From an uncultured Acidobacteriota bacterium (GTDB lineage Bacteria > Acidobacteriota > Terriglobia > Terriglobales > Acidobacteriaceae): a DNA stretch of 64,000 nt. A program made the position numbers and the translations under genes. Below are positions 36,431 to 44,514 of this stretch, one piece after another. The notes beneath the pieces were generated by a model. The model searched no databases, was not told the DNA's origin, and saw only the letters and a program-made list of their open reading frames with translations. The stretch spans positions 24,441 through 88,440 of the forward strand of contig CAVWHT010000041.1 in the NCBI GenBank assembly GCA_963754885.1, read 5' to 3'. Each line of letters starts with the position of its first letter. Within the stretch, counting starts at the first letter, position 1.

Positions 36431-36472
36431 AAATCAAAGAACTTGAAACCTGAAACTCGAAACTCGAAACCT
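36431..36472 (+). repeat. One-armed tandem GAAAC(C/T) word array
   Basis: aaatcaaagaacttgaaacctgaaactcgaaactcgaaacctg between ispD and ispF, covering the only available ispF start (TTG 36443). Confidence 0.7.
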
Positions 36473-36970
36473 GCGGTCAGAATCGGCTACGGCTTTGACT
36501 CGCACGAATTCCGTCCCGGCATTCCGCTGAAGATTGGCGGGATTACGCTGGCTCACGATAGAGGACTCGGCGGGCACTCGGATGGAGACGTGCTGCTCCA
36601 TGCCATCACAGATGCTCTGCTGGGATCCGTAGCCGCGTCCGATATCGGAGCGCTGTTCCCGCCTTCCGATCCGAAATGGAAGGGCGCGGATTCGGTGATC
36701 TTTCTGCGCGAAGCACTCAAACACGTGCGGGAAGCGGGATACGTCGTCGCCAATGTCGACGCCAGCCTGATCCTGGCGGCACCGAAGATCGGCCCGCACG
36801 CGGCCGCGATCCGGACGCGGGTTGCCGAACTTCTAGGCGTGTCGTCCGACTGCGTCGGTCTCAAGGCCAAGACTCCGGAAGGATTAAATCTGGATAACGC
36901 CGCGATCGCGCACGTAGCCGTCCTGCTGGAGAAGGCGCCGAAAAAGGCAAAGAGGGGGAAAGCCAGGTAG
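36443..36970 (+). CDS. ispF: 2-C-methyl-D-erythritol 2,4-cyclodiphosphate synthase
   Basis: ...VRIGYGFDSHEF...GHSDGDVLLHAITDALLG... The TTG start at 36443 is inferred; the first 11 codons are the repeat array. Confidence 0.92.
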   Translation: MKPETRNSKPAVRIGYGFDSHEFRPGIPLKIGGITLAHDRGLGGHSDGDVLLHAITDALLGSVAASDIGALFPPSDPKWKGADSVIFLREALKHVREAGYVVANVDASLILAAPKIGPHAAAIRTRVAELLGVSSDCVGLKAKTPEGLNLDNAAIAHVAVLLEKAPKKAKRGKAR

Positions 36971-36989
36971 CGCGACTTCGGCACTCGTC

Positions 36990-37775
36990 TTAAATCTCAC
37001 TTCTCTTAGCCGCCTCAACCAGCGCCTCGAAGATTGCGCGCGACGCTGCGTCTTCTTCCACCGACCGCTCGGGATGCCATTGCACCGCCAGCACAAAATG
37101 ATCTGGCGCGGTTCCTTCCAGGGCTTCAATGATGCCGTCATCGGGACAGCGGGCGACGATGCGCAGACCTTCGCCGATCGCGTCTGCCGATTGATGATGA
37201 GAAGAATTCACGGGGAGGATTAGGCTGCCAGCATCGCCGAACTGCGCTCGGCCCGACAGCCGGGGGCGGCTGTCGCCACACACAATCTGCGCCAGCACCG
37301 AGCCTCGATCGATTTCGACTTTGTGCGCGACTGCGACTTTCTTTCCTGCCTCGTGATTCACTTTCGCGCGTGTCACTTCCGGCAGGAAATCCGGGATGTG
37401 CTGCACCAGCGATCCACTGCGATGCACGTTCAGACTCTGCAGGCCGTAGCAGATGCCGAGCACGGGCTTGCGCTGGGCATAAGCGTCGTCGAGAAGAAGA
37501 TCGTCGACTTCATCGCGGCGCGGGTCGGCTTTGGCGGTGTGCGGTGACGGCGCTTGCTTAAATCTCGCGGGATCGACGTTGGCATTGCTGCCGGGCAGCA
37601 GCACTCCCTGACAGCTTGCCATCAAGCTTCGAACTACGGCCGGCGTTTGATCAAGCGGAATGCGAACCGGCTCTCCGCCTGCCAGCGCGACCGCGCGCTC
37701 ATATTGCGGAATCGCTCGCTCGCCGTACTCGCGGTCGGTGGAATGCGGCATCGGGATGGCGATCCGTGGCGGCAT
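36990..37775 (-). CDS. Class I glutamine amidotransferase, peptidase C26 (gamma-glutamyl-GABA hydrolase-like)
   Basis: Start taken at MPPRIAIPMPHS (ATG 37775, 8 nt after the upstream stop). GICYGLQSLNV (nucleophile Cys), ...VNSSHHQ..., ...VQWHPE. Confidence 0.85.
   Translation of the reverse strand: MPPRIAIPMPHSTDREYGERAIPQYERAVALAGGEPVRIPLDQTPAVVRSLMASCQGVLLPGSNANVDPARFKQAPSPHTAKADPRRDEVDDLLLDDAYAQRKPVLGICYGLQSLNVHRSGSLVQHIPDFLPEVTRAKVNHEAGKKVAVAHKVEIDRGSVLAQIVCGDSRPRLSGRAQFGDAGSLILPVNSSHHQSADAIGEGLRIVARCPDDGIIEALEGTAPDHFVLAVQWHPERSVEEDAASRAIFEALVEAAKRSEI
37239..37283. repeat. Intragenic REP-like element (CGACAGCCG-GGGG-CGGCTGTCG)
   Basis: 9-bp stem 37254..37275 plus the conserved flank actgcgctcggcc. 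Translated in frame as CGDSRPRLSGRAQ within the GATase. Confidence 0.8.
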
Positions 37776-37783
37776 CGGCAGAG

Positions 37784-38077
37784 TCAGTTCATCTTCTCGA
37801 TCGCCGACAGCGTTTTCATCTGCCGGTAATGGCGCCGTTCCAGAGAGATCGAGAAGACGAGAATGATGCCGCCCGCGAACAGAGCCATAGGCATCGCGAT
37901 GTAGCGGTAGGCGATGCGCATGTCGGGGTGAACGCCGCGCAGCTTGGACGCGATCACCGTTCCCACGATGGCCAGCAGCAAAGTGACGGCGAAACACAGC
38001 AGCGTTCCGATAAAAGTCATCAGGGCCACGCGCAGCGGAATACCGTACCAGCGTGGAGTTCGGGATGCTCTAGGCAT
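37784..38077 (-). CDS. Hypothetical small membrane protein (2 TM)
   Basis: 97 aa, packed between the neighbouring - strand genes (21-nt and 8-nt gaps). Confidence 0.5.
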   Translation of the reverse strand: MPRASRTPRWYGIPLRVALMTFIGTLLCFAVTLLLAIVGTVIASKLRGVHPDMRIAYRYIAMPMALFAGGIILVFSISLERRHYRQMKTLSAIEKMN

Positions 38078-38098
38078 ATCGTGAGGCTCGTTGCACGT

Positions 38099-38857
38099 TC
38101 AGCCGCGGCGCTTGTACAGGATCGCGAACTCGAATCCGGAATTCGCGGGAAACAGTTCGGCAACTTTTCGCAGACGCTCGGCCAGCGCGGAAGGAGCGAG
38201 CAGTGGATAATCGCGCTCGCGGAGATCGTAGTAATCAACGTCAAGATAAAGCGAGAGCAAGTAGATCGAAATCGTGTCGGAGAAAGTCGCTTCCAGATAT
38301 TCGGTCTTGTAGCGTTCGGCATCGGGGCCGTGGGCGGTGGCGAGCTTGCGGGCCTCCCAGGCATCGAGCGAAGTCTCGCCGCGCACTCCGGCTTCGACCT
38401 GGCTCCACGCCAACTCGCTGAATTCGCGGGAGACTCCAGCACGCTCGACCAGCGCGTGTCCGACGTTGATATAGAACTCAAAGGCGACAGAAAACTTGTC
38501 GTCCATCAAGCGAGTGGAAATGAATACGCACTGCGAGTCGCCGAGGTTGAGGTTGCGATGGCAGACGGCGTTATCGCTGAGAGCAACATCGTAACGGTCG
38601 GCGATCAGGGTGTCGTCCCCTTGGCTGACAGTAAGAGGGACGAAGTAGTAGGCTTTGCGCTCCAGCGCGGAGGCGACTCGGGTCGGAACGGCGGCGACCA
38701 TGCGTTCGAGATCGAAGGAGTTGACGGCCACTTCGCCCGCGCTGGCGTAACAGATGCCGTTGGGAGCTTGCGCGACCGGCGTGAGCCGAACTACTTCGGC
38801 GGGGCTGCGTGTGATGGCTGGGGCTGCCTGTGACATTCCAGTTTTCATTCTACACAC
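38099..38857 (-). CDS. Hypothetical protein (252 aa), no recognisable family
   Basis: Long ORF with balanced composition. The overlapping + strand 405-aa ORF is R/G/A-rich antisense noise. Confidence 0.6.
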   Translation of the reverse strand: MCRMKTGMSQAAPAITRSPAEVVRLTPVAQAPNGICYASAGEVAVNSFDLERMVAAVPTRVASALERKAYYFVPLTVSQGDDTLIADRYDVALSDNAVCHRNLNLGDSQCVFISTRLMDDKFSVAFEFYINVGHALVERAGVSREFSELAWSQVEAGVRGETSLDAWEARKLATAHGPDAERYKTEYLEATFSDTISIYLLSLYLDVDYYDLRERDYPLLAPSALAERLRKVAELFPANSGFEFAILYKRRG

Positions 38858-38988
38858 AGCCTGCGCTTCGGGAGTAGGAGGCCTCAGCGGCTTGAGGCCG
38901 CACTTCTTTGCGCTTCATATGGCCCAACTGTACGTCGGGCCCGTCCCGGTATTCTTCCCCGGGATGCGTTGTTCCCACGGCGCTCGCC

Positions 38989-39010
38989 GGACAGCCGATG
39001 GCGGCTGTCC
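38989..39010. repeat. REP-like hairpin (GGACAGCCG-ATGG-CGGCTGTCC)
   Basis: Perfect 9-bp stem, intergenic. Confidence 0.8.
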
Positions 39011-39056
39011 CTACATGCGCGCCCTCGCTGTCACTTCGTGAGCATAGGCGCGGACA

Positions 39057-39869
39057 TTATTTATTCGAGAGCACGAAGTCGACTCTGGAAACTCCGTTGC
39101 CGCTTACGGTTACCGATTTTTCCCAGGTTCTGGGTTCGGTGAAGATGGGGCGCTGGACGCTGTGTTCGGTGAGCACATCATAGGCCTGCTCTTTGCCGGC
39201 CAGACCCCAGCCTTCGTGCCAGGCGACGATCTGGTAGGTTCCGGGCGGGACCTCGGTGAACTCGAAGCGTCCGCTCTCGTCAGTCACGGCGTAGTAAGGA
39301 TGAGGAGCGACGAACATCTCGGCGTTCATCCAGACATGGCCGCCATTGCAGCGCAAATTGACCAGGCCAGGGGTCTGCATGGTGCGGGAAGTCACGCGGC
39401 CGGTGAAAGGAAAGGGAAGATTGAAGGTGGCTGCTCCGTCCATGTGAATGGTGTGCAGAGTGGCATCAGAGCTGACCATGTCGAGCGCACCGTTTTCCGG
39501 GACAAGAAGAATGTGAGGGATGTAGTGGCAGTGTTTCTGATCGAGGTGGCGGCGCTGCTCGGGCAAATCCATGGCTTTGCCGCTGGTGATGTTCTTCAGG
39601 TAGACCACGGTGTTGGCGACGCCGCCCTGGGGGCCAATGATGAGGCGCTCGAGATCGACGCTCTTCTTAGATTCGGGATCGCAGATCTGCGGATCCTTGG
39701 TGACCGGAAAGTTCAAGGTGCGAGGGACCGGCCCGGACCATTTAACCGCACCAGAAATGGTGCCTCCGTCCGTGACAGTGATGACTGTATATTCGCTTTG
39801 CGAGAATGCCACGGCGGTGGCAGCCAGGAAGAACGAAACGAGGAAGCAGTGTGAAAAGATTCGGCGCAT
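39057..39869 (-). CDS. Secreted cupredoxin-like / carboxypeptidase-regulatory-like domain protein
   Basis: Signal peptide MRRIFSHCFLVSFFLAATAVAFSQ. HTIH ... CNGGHVWM (C-x3-H-x2-M, type-1-copper-like spacing). C-terminal YYAVTDESGRFEFTEVPPGTYQIVAWHE beta-sandwich. Confidence 0.65.
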   Translation of the reverse strand: MRRIFSHCFLVSFFLAATAVAFSQSEYTVITVTDGGTISGAVKWSGPVPRTLNFPVTKDPQICDPESKKSVDLERLIIGPQGGVANTVVYLKNITSGKAMDLPEQRRHLDQKHCHYIPHILLVPENGALDMVSSDATLHTIHMDGAATFNLPFPFTGRVTSRTMQTPGLVNLRCNGGHVWMNAEMFVAPHPYYAVTDESGRFEFTEVPPGTYQIVAWHEGWGLAGKEQAYDVLTEHSVQRPIFTEPRTWEKSVTVSGNGVSRVDFVLSNK

Positions 39870-40222
39870 ACCCGTCCCCTTATCCCCCTGGCGGCCCGCA
39901 CAGTATCCGCAGGGTTGAGATTTGGCCGTACAAAAGTCCCGCTTACCGTTTCACATCCCAACTTGCGGGAAGCATGCTGCACAGGGGCCCGGATCAATCT
40001 CCGGGGCAGCATTCAAGTTTGCGGTCGTTCTATGCTTTCAACGTGGAAGGCGGTGCCATATGCACGGTCTTGTGATTGAAATCACACCAAGGATGCGCCG
40101 CCGAGGGTAAGCAGGAAAGATTACCGAGGTCACAAAAGTGAGCGGCGGGCGCGGCGGTCAGTAGCCACGCGTTTGAGCGAAGCATCGTAAATTCCGGAAC
40201 GAGACTTTACAATCATTCCTCC

Positions 40223-41404
40223 ATGACGGTGACGGTGCGATCATTCGCCAAGATTAACCTTGGGCTGCGGATTGGAGCGGCGCGGGAAGACGGGTTTCAC
40301 GACCTGCTGACCGTGTACCAGATGATCGGGCTGCACGATGTGATTCGGGTGAGCGTGGCTCGTGGGACGGGGATTGAGATTCGATGCGAGGATCCTCAGG
40401 TTCCGCGGGATGAGTCGAATACTTGTTTCCGCATCGTCGAGCGGGCGATGGCGGCATTAAGGGCGAAGGGGCGAGTAGTCATCGAGATAGAGAAGCGGTT
40501 GCCGGTGCAAGGTGGGTTAGGCGGGGCATCGGCGAATGCGGTCGCAACTTTGCTGGGGTTAGAGCGGGTGGTTCGAAAAACTCTGCCCGCGGTGGAGAGG
40601 TTGAGGATTGCGGCGGAGGTGGGATCGGATCTGCCGCTGTTTCTGGTCGGCGGAATGGTGCTGGGGGTAGGACGAGGGGAGCAAGTGTATCCCTTGCCGG
40701 ATTTGCCTGCGATGGCTTGCGTGGTGGTGATGCCGGAGGTGGGGGTCTCGACCCCGAAGGCGTTTGCGGAATGGGATCGGTTGTGTGGCTCGTCTGGCGC
40801 GGGCACGCCCTTCGACAAGCTCAGGGCAGGCTCTGCCCGCGAGCCTGCGCCTCTGCTGTCGAGTTCTGAAGAGCAACAGCCAGCCGAGCTGCGCTCGGCC
40901 GGACAGCCGAAGGCGGCTGTCCCCACAAAACCTGGGACGGACGAATGCGTCCGTCCCCACGTGAGTAGTCCCCGCATGAGCAGTGCCAATCCAAGCAGTC
41001 ATCATCCCACGGCGAAATTGACGGTGGCCTCTGCGTCCGATAGAATGAATGAGCTTGGCCGCGAGTTGTCGGCGTGGCTGAGCGAGCCTTACTCCAGTGC
41101 TCCTTTTCGAAGGGGCCGGGCCGAGAATCCGCTTCTCTGGCTTGTCCGGGCTGGGATTAAAAACGACTTCGAAGAAGTCGTCTTTCCTGAGTATCCCGAA
41201 CTGCGTGAGGGGAAGCGTGTGCTTGAGCGCGCAGGCGCGAAATATGCGTCGTTGTCGGGGTCCGGATCGACGCTGTACGGGCTGTTTGGATCGAACGATG
41301 CGGCGGCGAGGGCAGTGAGCAGGCTTCGGAAGCAAGGTTGGGCGGCGCAGGCGACTTCGACGCTGACGCGGAGGGGATACTGGCGAAGAGTGCTGCTGGA
41401 TTAG
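40223..41404 (+). CDS. ispE: 4-diphosphocytidyl-2-C-methyl-D-erythritol kinase with ~100-codon in-frame repeat-derived insert
   Basis: MTVTVRSFAKINLGLRIG...KRLPVQGGLGGASANAVATLL...SLSGSGSTLYGLF GHMP-kinase motifs. 393 aa versus roughly 280-300 aa typical for IspE. Confidence 0.9.
   Translation: MTVTVRSFAKINLGLRIGAAREDGFHDLLTVYQMIGLHDVIRVSVARGTGIEIRCEDPQVPRDESNTCFRIVERAMAALRAKGRVVIEIEKRLPVQGGLGGASANAVATLLGLERVVRKTLPAVERLRIAAEVGSDLPLFLVGGMVLGVGRGEQVYPLPDLPAMACVVVMPEVGVSTPKAFAEWDRLCGSSGAGTPFDKLRAGSAREPAPLLSSSEEQQPAELRSAGQPKAAVPTKPGTDECVRPHVSSPRMSSANPSSHHPTAKLTVASASDRMNELGRELSAWLSEPYSSAPFRRGRAENPLLWLVRAGIKNDFEEVVFPEYPELREGKRVLERAGAKYASLSGSGSTLYGLFGSNDAAARAVSRLRKQGWAAQATSTLTRRGYWRRVLLD
40808..40957. 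repeat. Cluster of four perfect REP-type hairpins inside ispE
   Basis: gggcag-gct-ctgccc (40824..40838); ccgagc-tgc-gctcgg (40884..40898); ggacagccg-aagg-cggctgtcc (40901..40922); gggacggacg-aatg-cgtccgtccc (40934..40957). Confidence 0.85.
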
Positions 41405-41516
41405 GGGGCGAGAGGCTTGCCCCTGGGGCGCTCGGCTTCGCCTTCGCTTGGACCCTTCGACTGCGCTCAGGGCAGGCTAACGAGGCGGCCGTCGCCACAG
41501 GGCCAGGCTGGGTCAG
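41404..41516. repeat. REP-like GC-rich repeat block (includes the CGCTCAGGGCAGGCT motif)
   Basis: gacccttcgactgcgctcagggcaggctaac resembles 40808..40838 and, inverted, 9922..9936. Confidence 0.65.
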
Positions 41517-41517
41517 C

Positions 41518-41613
41518 GAATTTTGATTGTTGAATTTTGATTGTTGAATGACAATAATTGTGGACCCCAAGCGGGGTTCATTCAACCATCAACATTCGAC
41601 CATCAACGATTGG
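41518..41613 (+). repeat. Stuttered-word hairpin (TTGATTGTTGAAT words)
   Basis: Left arm gaattttgattgttgaattttgattgttgaatga. Inner stem acccc-aagc-ggggt. Right arm tcattcaaccatcaacattcgaccatcaacgattgg, ending 5 nt before tRNA-Gln. Confidence 0.75.
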
Positions 41614-41618
41614 CTTAC

Positions 41619-41692
41619 TGGGCCGTCGACTAATGGTAGGTCAAGTGCCTTTGGAGCACTTTGTCTAGGTTCGAATCCTAGCGGCCCAGCCA
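41619..41692 (+). tRNA. tRNA-Gln(UUG)
   Basis: UGGGCCG-UC-GAC..GUC-A-AGUGC-CUUUGGA-GCACU-UUGU-CUAGG-UUCGAAU-CCUAG-CGGCCCA-G-CCA; canonical 74-nt cloverleaf with encoded CCA. Confidence 0.9.
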
Positions 41693-41713
41693 GAAGAACC
41701 GCGATGAGTTTTC

Positions 41714-41777
41714 GAGCGGGTGAGCAATGAGCAACCTCGATTCTGACTTTGCTCACCACCTCATTGCTCACGGCTCA
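41714..41777 (+). repeat. Stuttered-word hairpin (GTGAGC/ATGAGC words)
   Basis: gtgagcaatga (left) pairs perfectly with tcattgctcac (right); additional tgagcaa/ttgctca register. Confidence 0.7.
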
Positions 41778-41800
41778 ACGCATAAGAGCGAAGCGAAACT

Positions 41801-42859
41801 ATGGCCACCTTAGTCACGCCGACCGACAAGACGACCGACAAGGTTGAGAAGAAGAGTCCGCCTGTGCCCGACGAGAAGCAGGAGCGGAAGCAGCGTCCGC
41901 GAGTGGACGAGAAGTTCAAGATCTTCAGCGGTACGGCGAATGAGCCGTTGGCCGACGAAGTTTGCCATTTTCTCGGGATGCCGCGCGGGCAGGCGCAGGT
42001 GACGCGCTTTGCCGATGGCGAGTGCTACGTGCAGATCCAGGAGAATGTGCGGGGCTCCGATGTGTTCGTGCTGCAGCCGACCTGCCATCCGGTGGATGGG
42101 CACTTGATGGAGTTGCTGCTGATGATCGATGCGCTGAAGCGCGCGTCGGCGCGGCGCATCACGGCGGTGATTCCGTACTTCGGATATGCGCGGCAGGACC
42201 GGAAAGATAAGCCGCGGAGTCCGATCTCGTCGAAGCTGGTGGCGGATTTGCTGACGACCGCAGGGGCGCACCGGGCGCTGATTGTAGATTTGCATACGCC
42301 GCAGTTGCAAGGATTTTTCAACATCCCGGTCGATCATCTGTTTGCGTCGCCGGTGCTGGTGGATCACTTCCGCAAGCTGGCGTTGCCGAACTTGACCATT
42401 GTTTCGCCGGATGCGGGCGGCGTGGAGCGGGCGCGGTTTTTCGCGAAGAAAGTGGACGCGGCGCTGGCGATCGTCGACAAGCGGCGCGTGGAGATGAACG
42501 TCGCGGAAGTGATGCACGTGATCGGCGACGTCAAAGAGCGGACCTGCCTGATCATCGACGATTTGATCGATACGGCCGGGACGCTGGTGAAGACGGCGGC
42601 TGCGTTGAAAGACAATGGCGCAACCGAGGTTTACGCCTGCGCTTCGCATGCAGTGCTGTCGGGGCCGGCGGTGGAGAACATCCGGAATTCTGTGATCAAG
42701 GAAGTCGTAGTCACGAACACGATTCCGCTGAGTCCGGAGGCCGACGCAGCTCGAACCGAAAAGGGAGGAAAGATTTCCGTCCTCTCGATTGCAGGATTGA
42801 TTGGCCGGGCGATTCAGGCGAATCACGAAGAAACCTCGGTCAGTAAGTTGTTTATCTAG
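41801..42859 (+). CDS. prs: Ribose-phosphate pyrophosphokinase
   Basis: ...FKIFSGTANEPLADEVC...VIPYFGYARQDRK...IIDDLIDTAGTL..., with a ~35-aa K/E/P-rich N-terminal extension. Confidence 0.95.
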   Translation: MATLVTPTDKTTDKVEKKSPPVPDEKQERKQRPRVDEKFKIFSGTANEPLADEVCHFLGMPRGQAQVTRFADGECYVQIQENVRGSDVFVLQPTCHPVDGHLMELLLMIDALKRASARRITAVIPYFGYARQDRKDKPRSPISSKLVADLLTTAGAHRALIVDLHTPQLQGFFNIPVDHLFASPVLVDHFRKLALPNLTIVSPDAGGVERARFFAKKVDAALAIVDKRRVEMNVAEVMHVIGDVKERTCLIIDDLIDTAGTLVKTAAALKDNGATEVYACASHAVLSGPAVENIRNSVIKEVVVTNTIPLSPEADAARTEKGGKISVLSIAGLIGRAIQANHEETSVSKLFI

Positions 42860-42860
42860 C

Positions 42861-42943
42861 GGTGAGCGGTGAGCGGTGAGCAGTGAGCCATGAGCACATG
42901 CAGGTTTTGCTCGCGGCTCATGGCTCGCAGCTCATCGCTGATT
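42861..42943 (+). repeat. Stuttered-word hairpin (GGTGAGC words)
   Basis: ggtgagcggtgagcggtgagcagtgagccatgagc versus gctcatggctcgcagctcatcgctgatt. Over 28 positions: 22 WC + 4 G.U + 2 mismatches. Confidence 0.8.
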
Positions 42944-42965
42944 TCTCAGATAGGAATTGACATTT

Positions 42966-43691
42966 ATGGCGACTGCATTGGAAACGAACGTACTGGAAGG
43001 GCAACCGAGGGAAGCTGGGACGAAGAACGATGCCAAGCGCGTGCGCCGCGACGGAAAGATTCCGGCGGTGGTGTATGGAGCGGGGAAAGAGTCGCTCTCG
43101 ATCAGCGTCGACCCGCGCGTGGTGACCCGGATTCTGAATTCGGAGACCGGCCACAACACGATTTTCGATCTGGCGATGGGCGGCGAGAAGACCAAGACCA
43201 TGATCGTTGACTGGCAATACGAACCAATCAAGGGCAAGCTGCTGCACATCGATTTGAAGCGGATCGCCCTCGACAAGGTGCTGAAGGTCAGCGTGCCGAT
43301 CTTCCTGGTCGGCGAAGCCGCGGGCGTGAAGCAGGAGGGCGGCATCATGGAGCAGATGCTGCGCGAAGTCGAGATCGAGTGCTTACCGGCGGATATTCCG
43401 AGCCACATCGATGCCGACGTCAGCCATTTGACCTTTGGCAAGGTGCTGCGCGTTTCCGATTTGCCGCACTCGGACAAGCTGAAGTTCATGACCGACGCCA
43501 ATCAGCCGGTTGCGCACGTGACCTCGGTCAAGGAAGAAGTTGTGGTCACGCCGGAAGCCGTGGCGGCAGAGGCGGGAGCTGCTCCAGCCGAGCCCGAAGT
43601 CATCAAGAAGGGCAAGCAGGAGACCGAAGAAGAGGGCGCCGAAGCTGCGGCCGAGAAGCCGGAGAAGGCCGAGAAGAAAGAAAAGAAGTAA
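42966..43691 (+). CDS. rplY: 50S ribosomal protein L25 / general stress protein Ctc
   Basis: MATALETNVLEGQPREAGTKNDAKRVRRDGKIPAVVYG...; C-terminal E/K/A-rich tail. The track start TTG 42957 is less likely than ATG 42966. Confidence 0.92.
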   Translation: MATALETNVLEGQPREAGTKNDAKRVRRDGKIPAVVYGAGKESLSISVDPRVVTRILNSETGHNTIFDLAMGGEKTKTMIVDWQYEPIKGKLLHIDLKRIALDKVLKVSVPIFLVGEAAGVKQEGGIMEQMLREVEIECLPADIPSHIDADVSHLTFGKVLRVSDLPHSDKLKFMTDANQPVAHVTSVKEEVVVTPEAVAAEAGAAPAEPEVIKKGKQETEEEGAEAAAEKPEKAEKKEKK

Positions 43692-43695
43692 GGAA

Positions 43696-43800
43696 GCGAG
43701 CCGAACGCGCGGTAATTGCGTCGCAAAAAGCGCGACGCTTCGTGCGGCTCGCCCAGGTCCTTCGCGAGACAAAGAGCGTCTCGCTCAGGATGACAAATCG
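43696..43800. repeat. REP-like hairpins plus the CTCAGGATGACAAA motif
   Basis: Nested gcgagccg..cggctcgc (43696..43752) with inner gcgtcgc/gcgacgc; gcgagac-aaagagc-gtctcgc (43764..43784). The motif recurs at 12473..12500. Confidence 0.7.
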
Positions 43801-43825
43801 TCTGAACTGAGGAAGCGAATCAGGC

Positions 43826-44428
43826 GTGAAACTGATTGTGGGTCTCGGCAATCCCGGAATCGAATATCAGTTCACGCCGCATAACCTGGGATTCCTGGCG
43901 ATCGATCGCATCGCGGGGAACCTGGGAGTGGAAGTGAGAAACCGGCAGTGCCGGGCGCTGACGGCGCGCACCGTGATCGCCGATCAGATGGTGCTGCTGG
44001 CCAAGCCTGAGACGTTCATGAATTTGAGTGGCGTTTCGGTGCGGGAGCTGGTGAGAGAGTACGAAGCAAATCCGGAATCGGATCTGATTGTGATTCAGGA
44101 CGAACTGGATTTTCCGCTGGGCACGCTGCGCATTCATACGCGGCGCAGCTCGGCGGGGCATAACGGCATCGAGTCGATCATCGATGCGCTGGGCACGCAG
44201 GATTTCCTGCGGATCCGGATTGGCGTGGCGCCGGAGCGGCCAGTACAGGTCATCAGCGCCGCGGTTGCCGCCGGGAAAGATTACCTCCTGGCTCCGATGC
44301 GCAAGGCGGATCTGAAAGTCGTGGATGGGATGCTCGACACCGCCGAAGAAGCGGTGAAGGTCATTCTGAAAGAGGGTCCGGCGGCGGCGATGAATCGCTT
44401 TAACCGGAAAGAAGAAAGTGGCCAGTGA
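43826..44428 (+). CDS. pth: Peptidyl-tRNA hydrolase
   Basis: GTG start; (M)KLIVGLGNPGIEYQFTPHNLGF...AGHNGIESI. Confidence 0.95.
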   Translation: MKLIVGLGNPGIEYQFTPHNLGFLAIDRIAGNLGVEVRNRQCRALTARTVIADQMVLLAKPETFMNLSGVSVRELVREYEANPESDLIVIQDELDFPLGTLRIHTRRSSAGHNGIESIIDALGTQDFLRIRIGVAPERPVQVISAAVAAGKDYLLAPMRKADLKVVDGMLDTAEEAVKVILKEGPAAAMNRFNRKEESGQ

Positions 44429-44497
44429 TGAGTGGTCAGTGGCCAGGCCGACAAGATTTTGCTGATCACTGATCACTAATCACTGACCACTAGCCAC
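44417..44497 (+). repeat. Stuttered-word hairpin (CAGTGG / CACTGA words)
   Basis: The left arm agtggccagtgatgagtggtcagtggccagg begins in the last pth codons. The right arm ctgatcactgatcactaatcactgaccactagccac ends 7 nt before the rpsF RBS. Confidence 0.75.
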
Positions 44498-44514
44498 AGG
44501 ATTTGGAGAAACGA

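Noticed and set aside
37616-38833. 405-aa + strand ORF
   Set aside because: It is R/G/A-rich and lies antisense across three well-packed - strand genes (GATase N-terminus, 2-TM peptide, 252-aa protein). This is a typical high-GC shadow ORF.
41810-42826. 338-aa - strand ORF
   Set aside because: Antisense shadow of prs.
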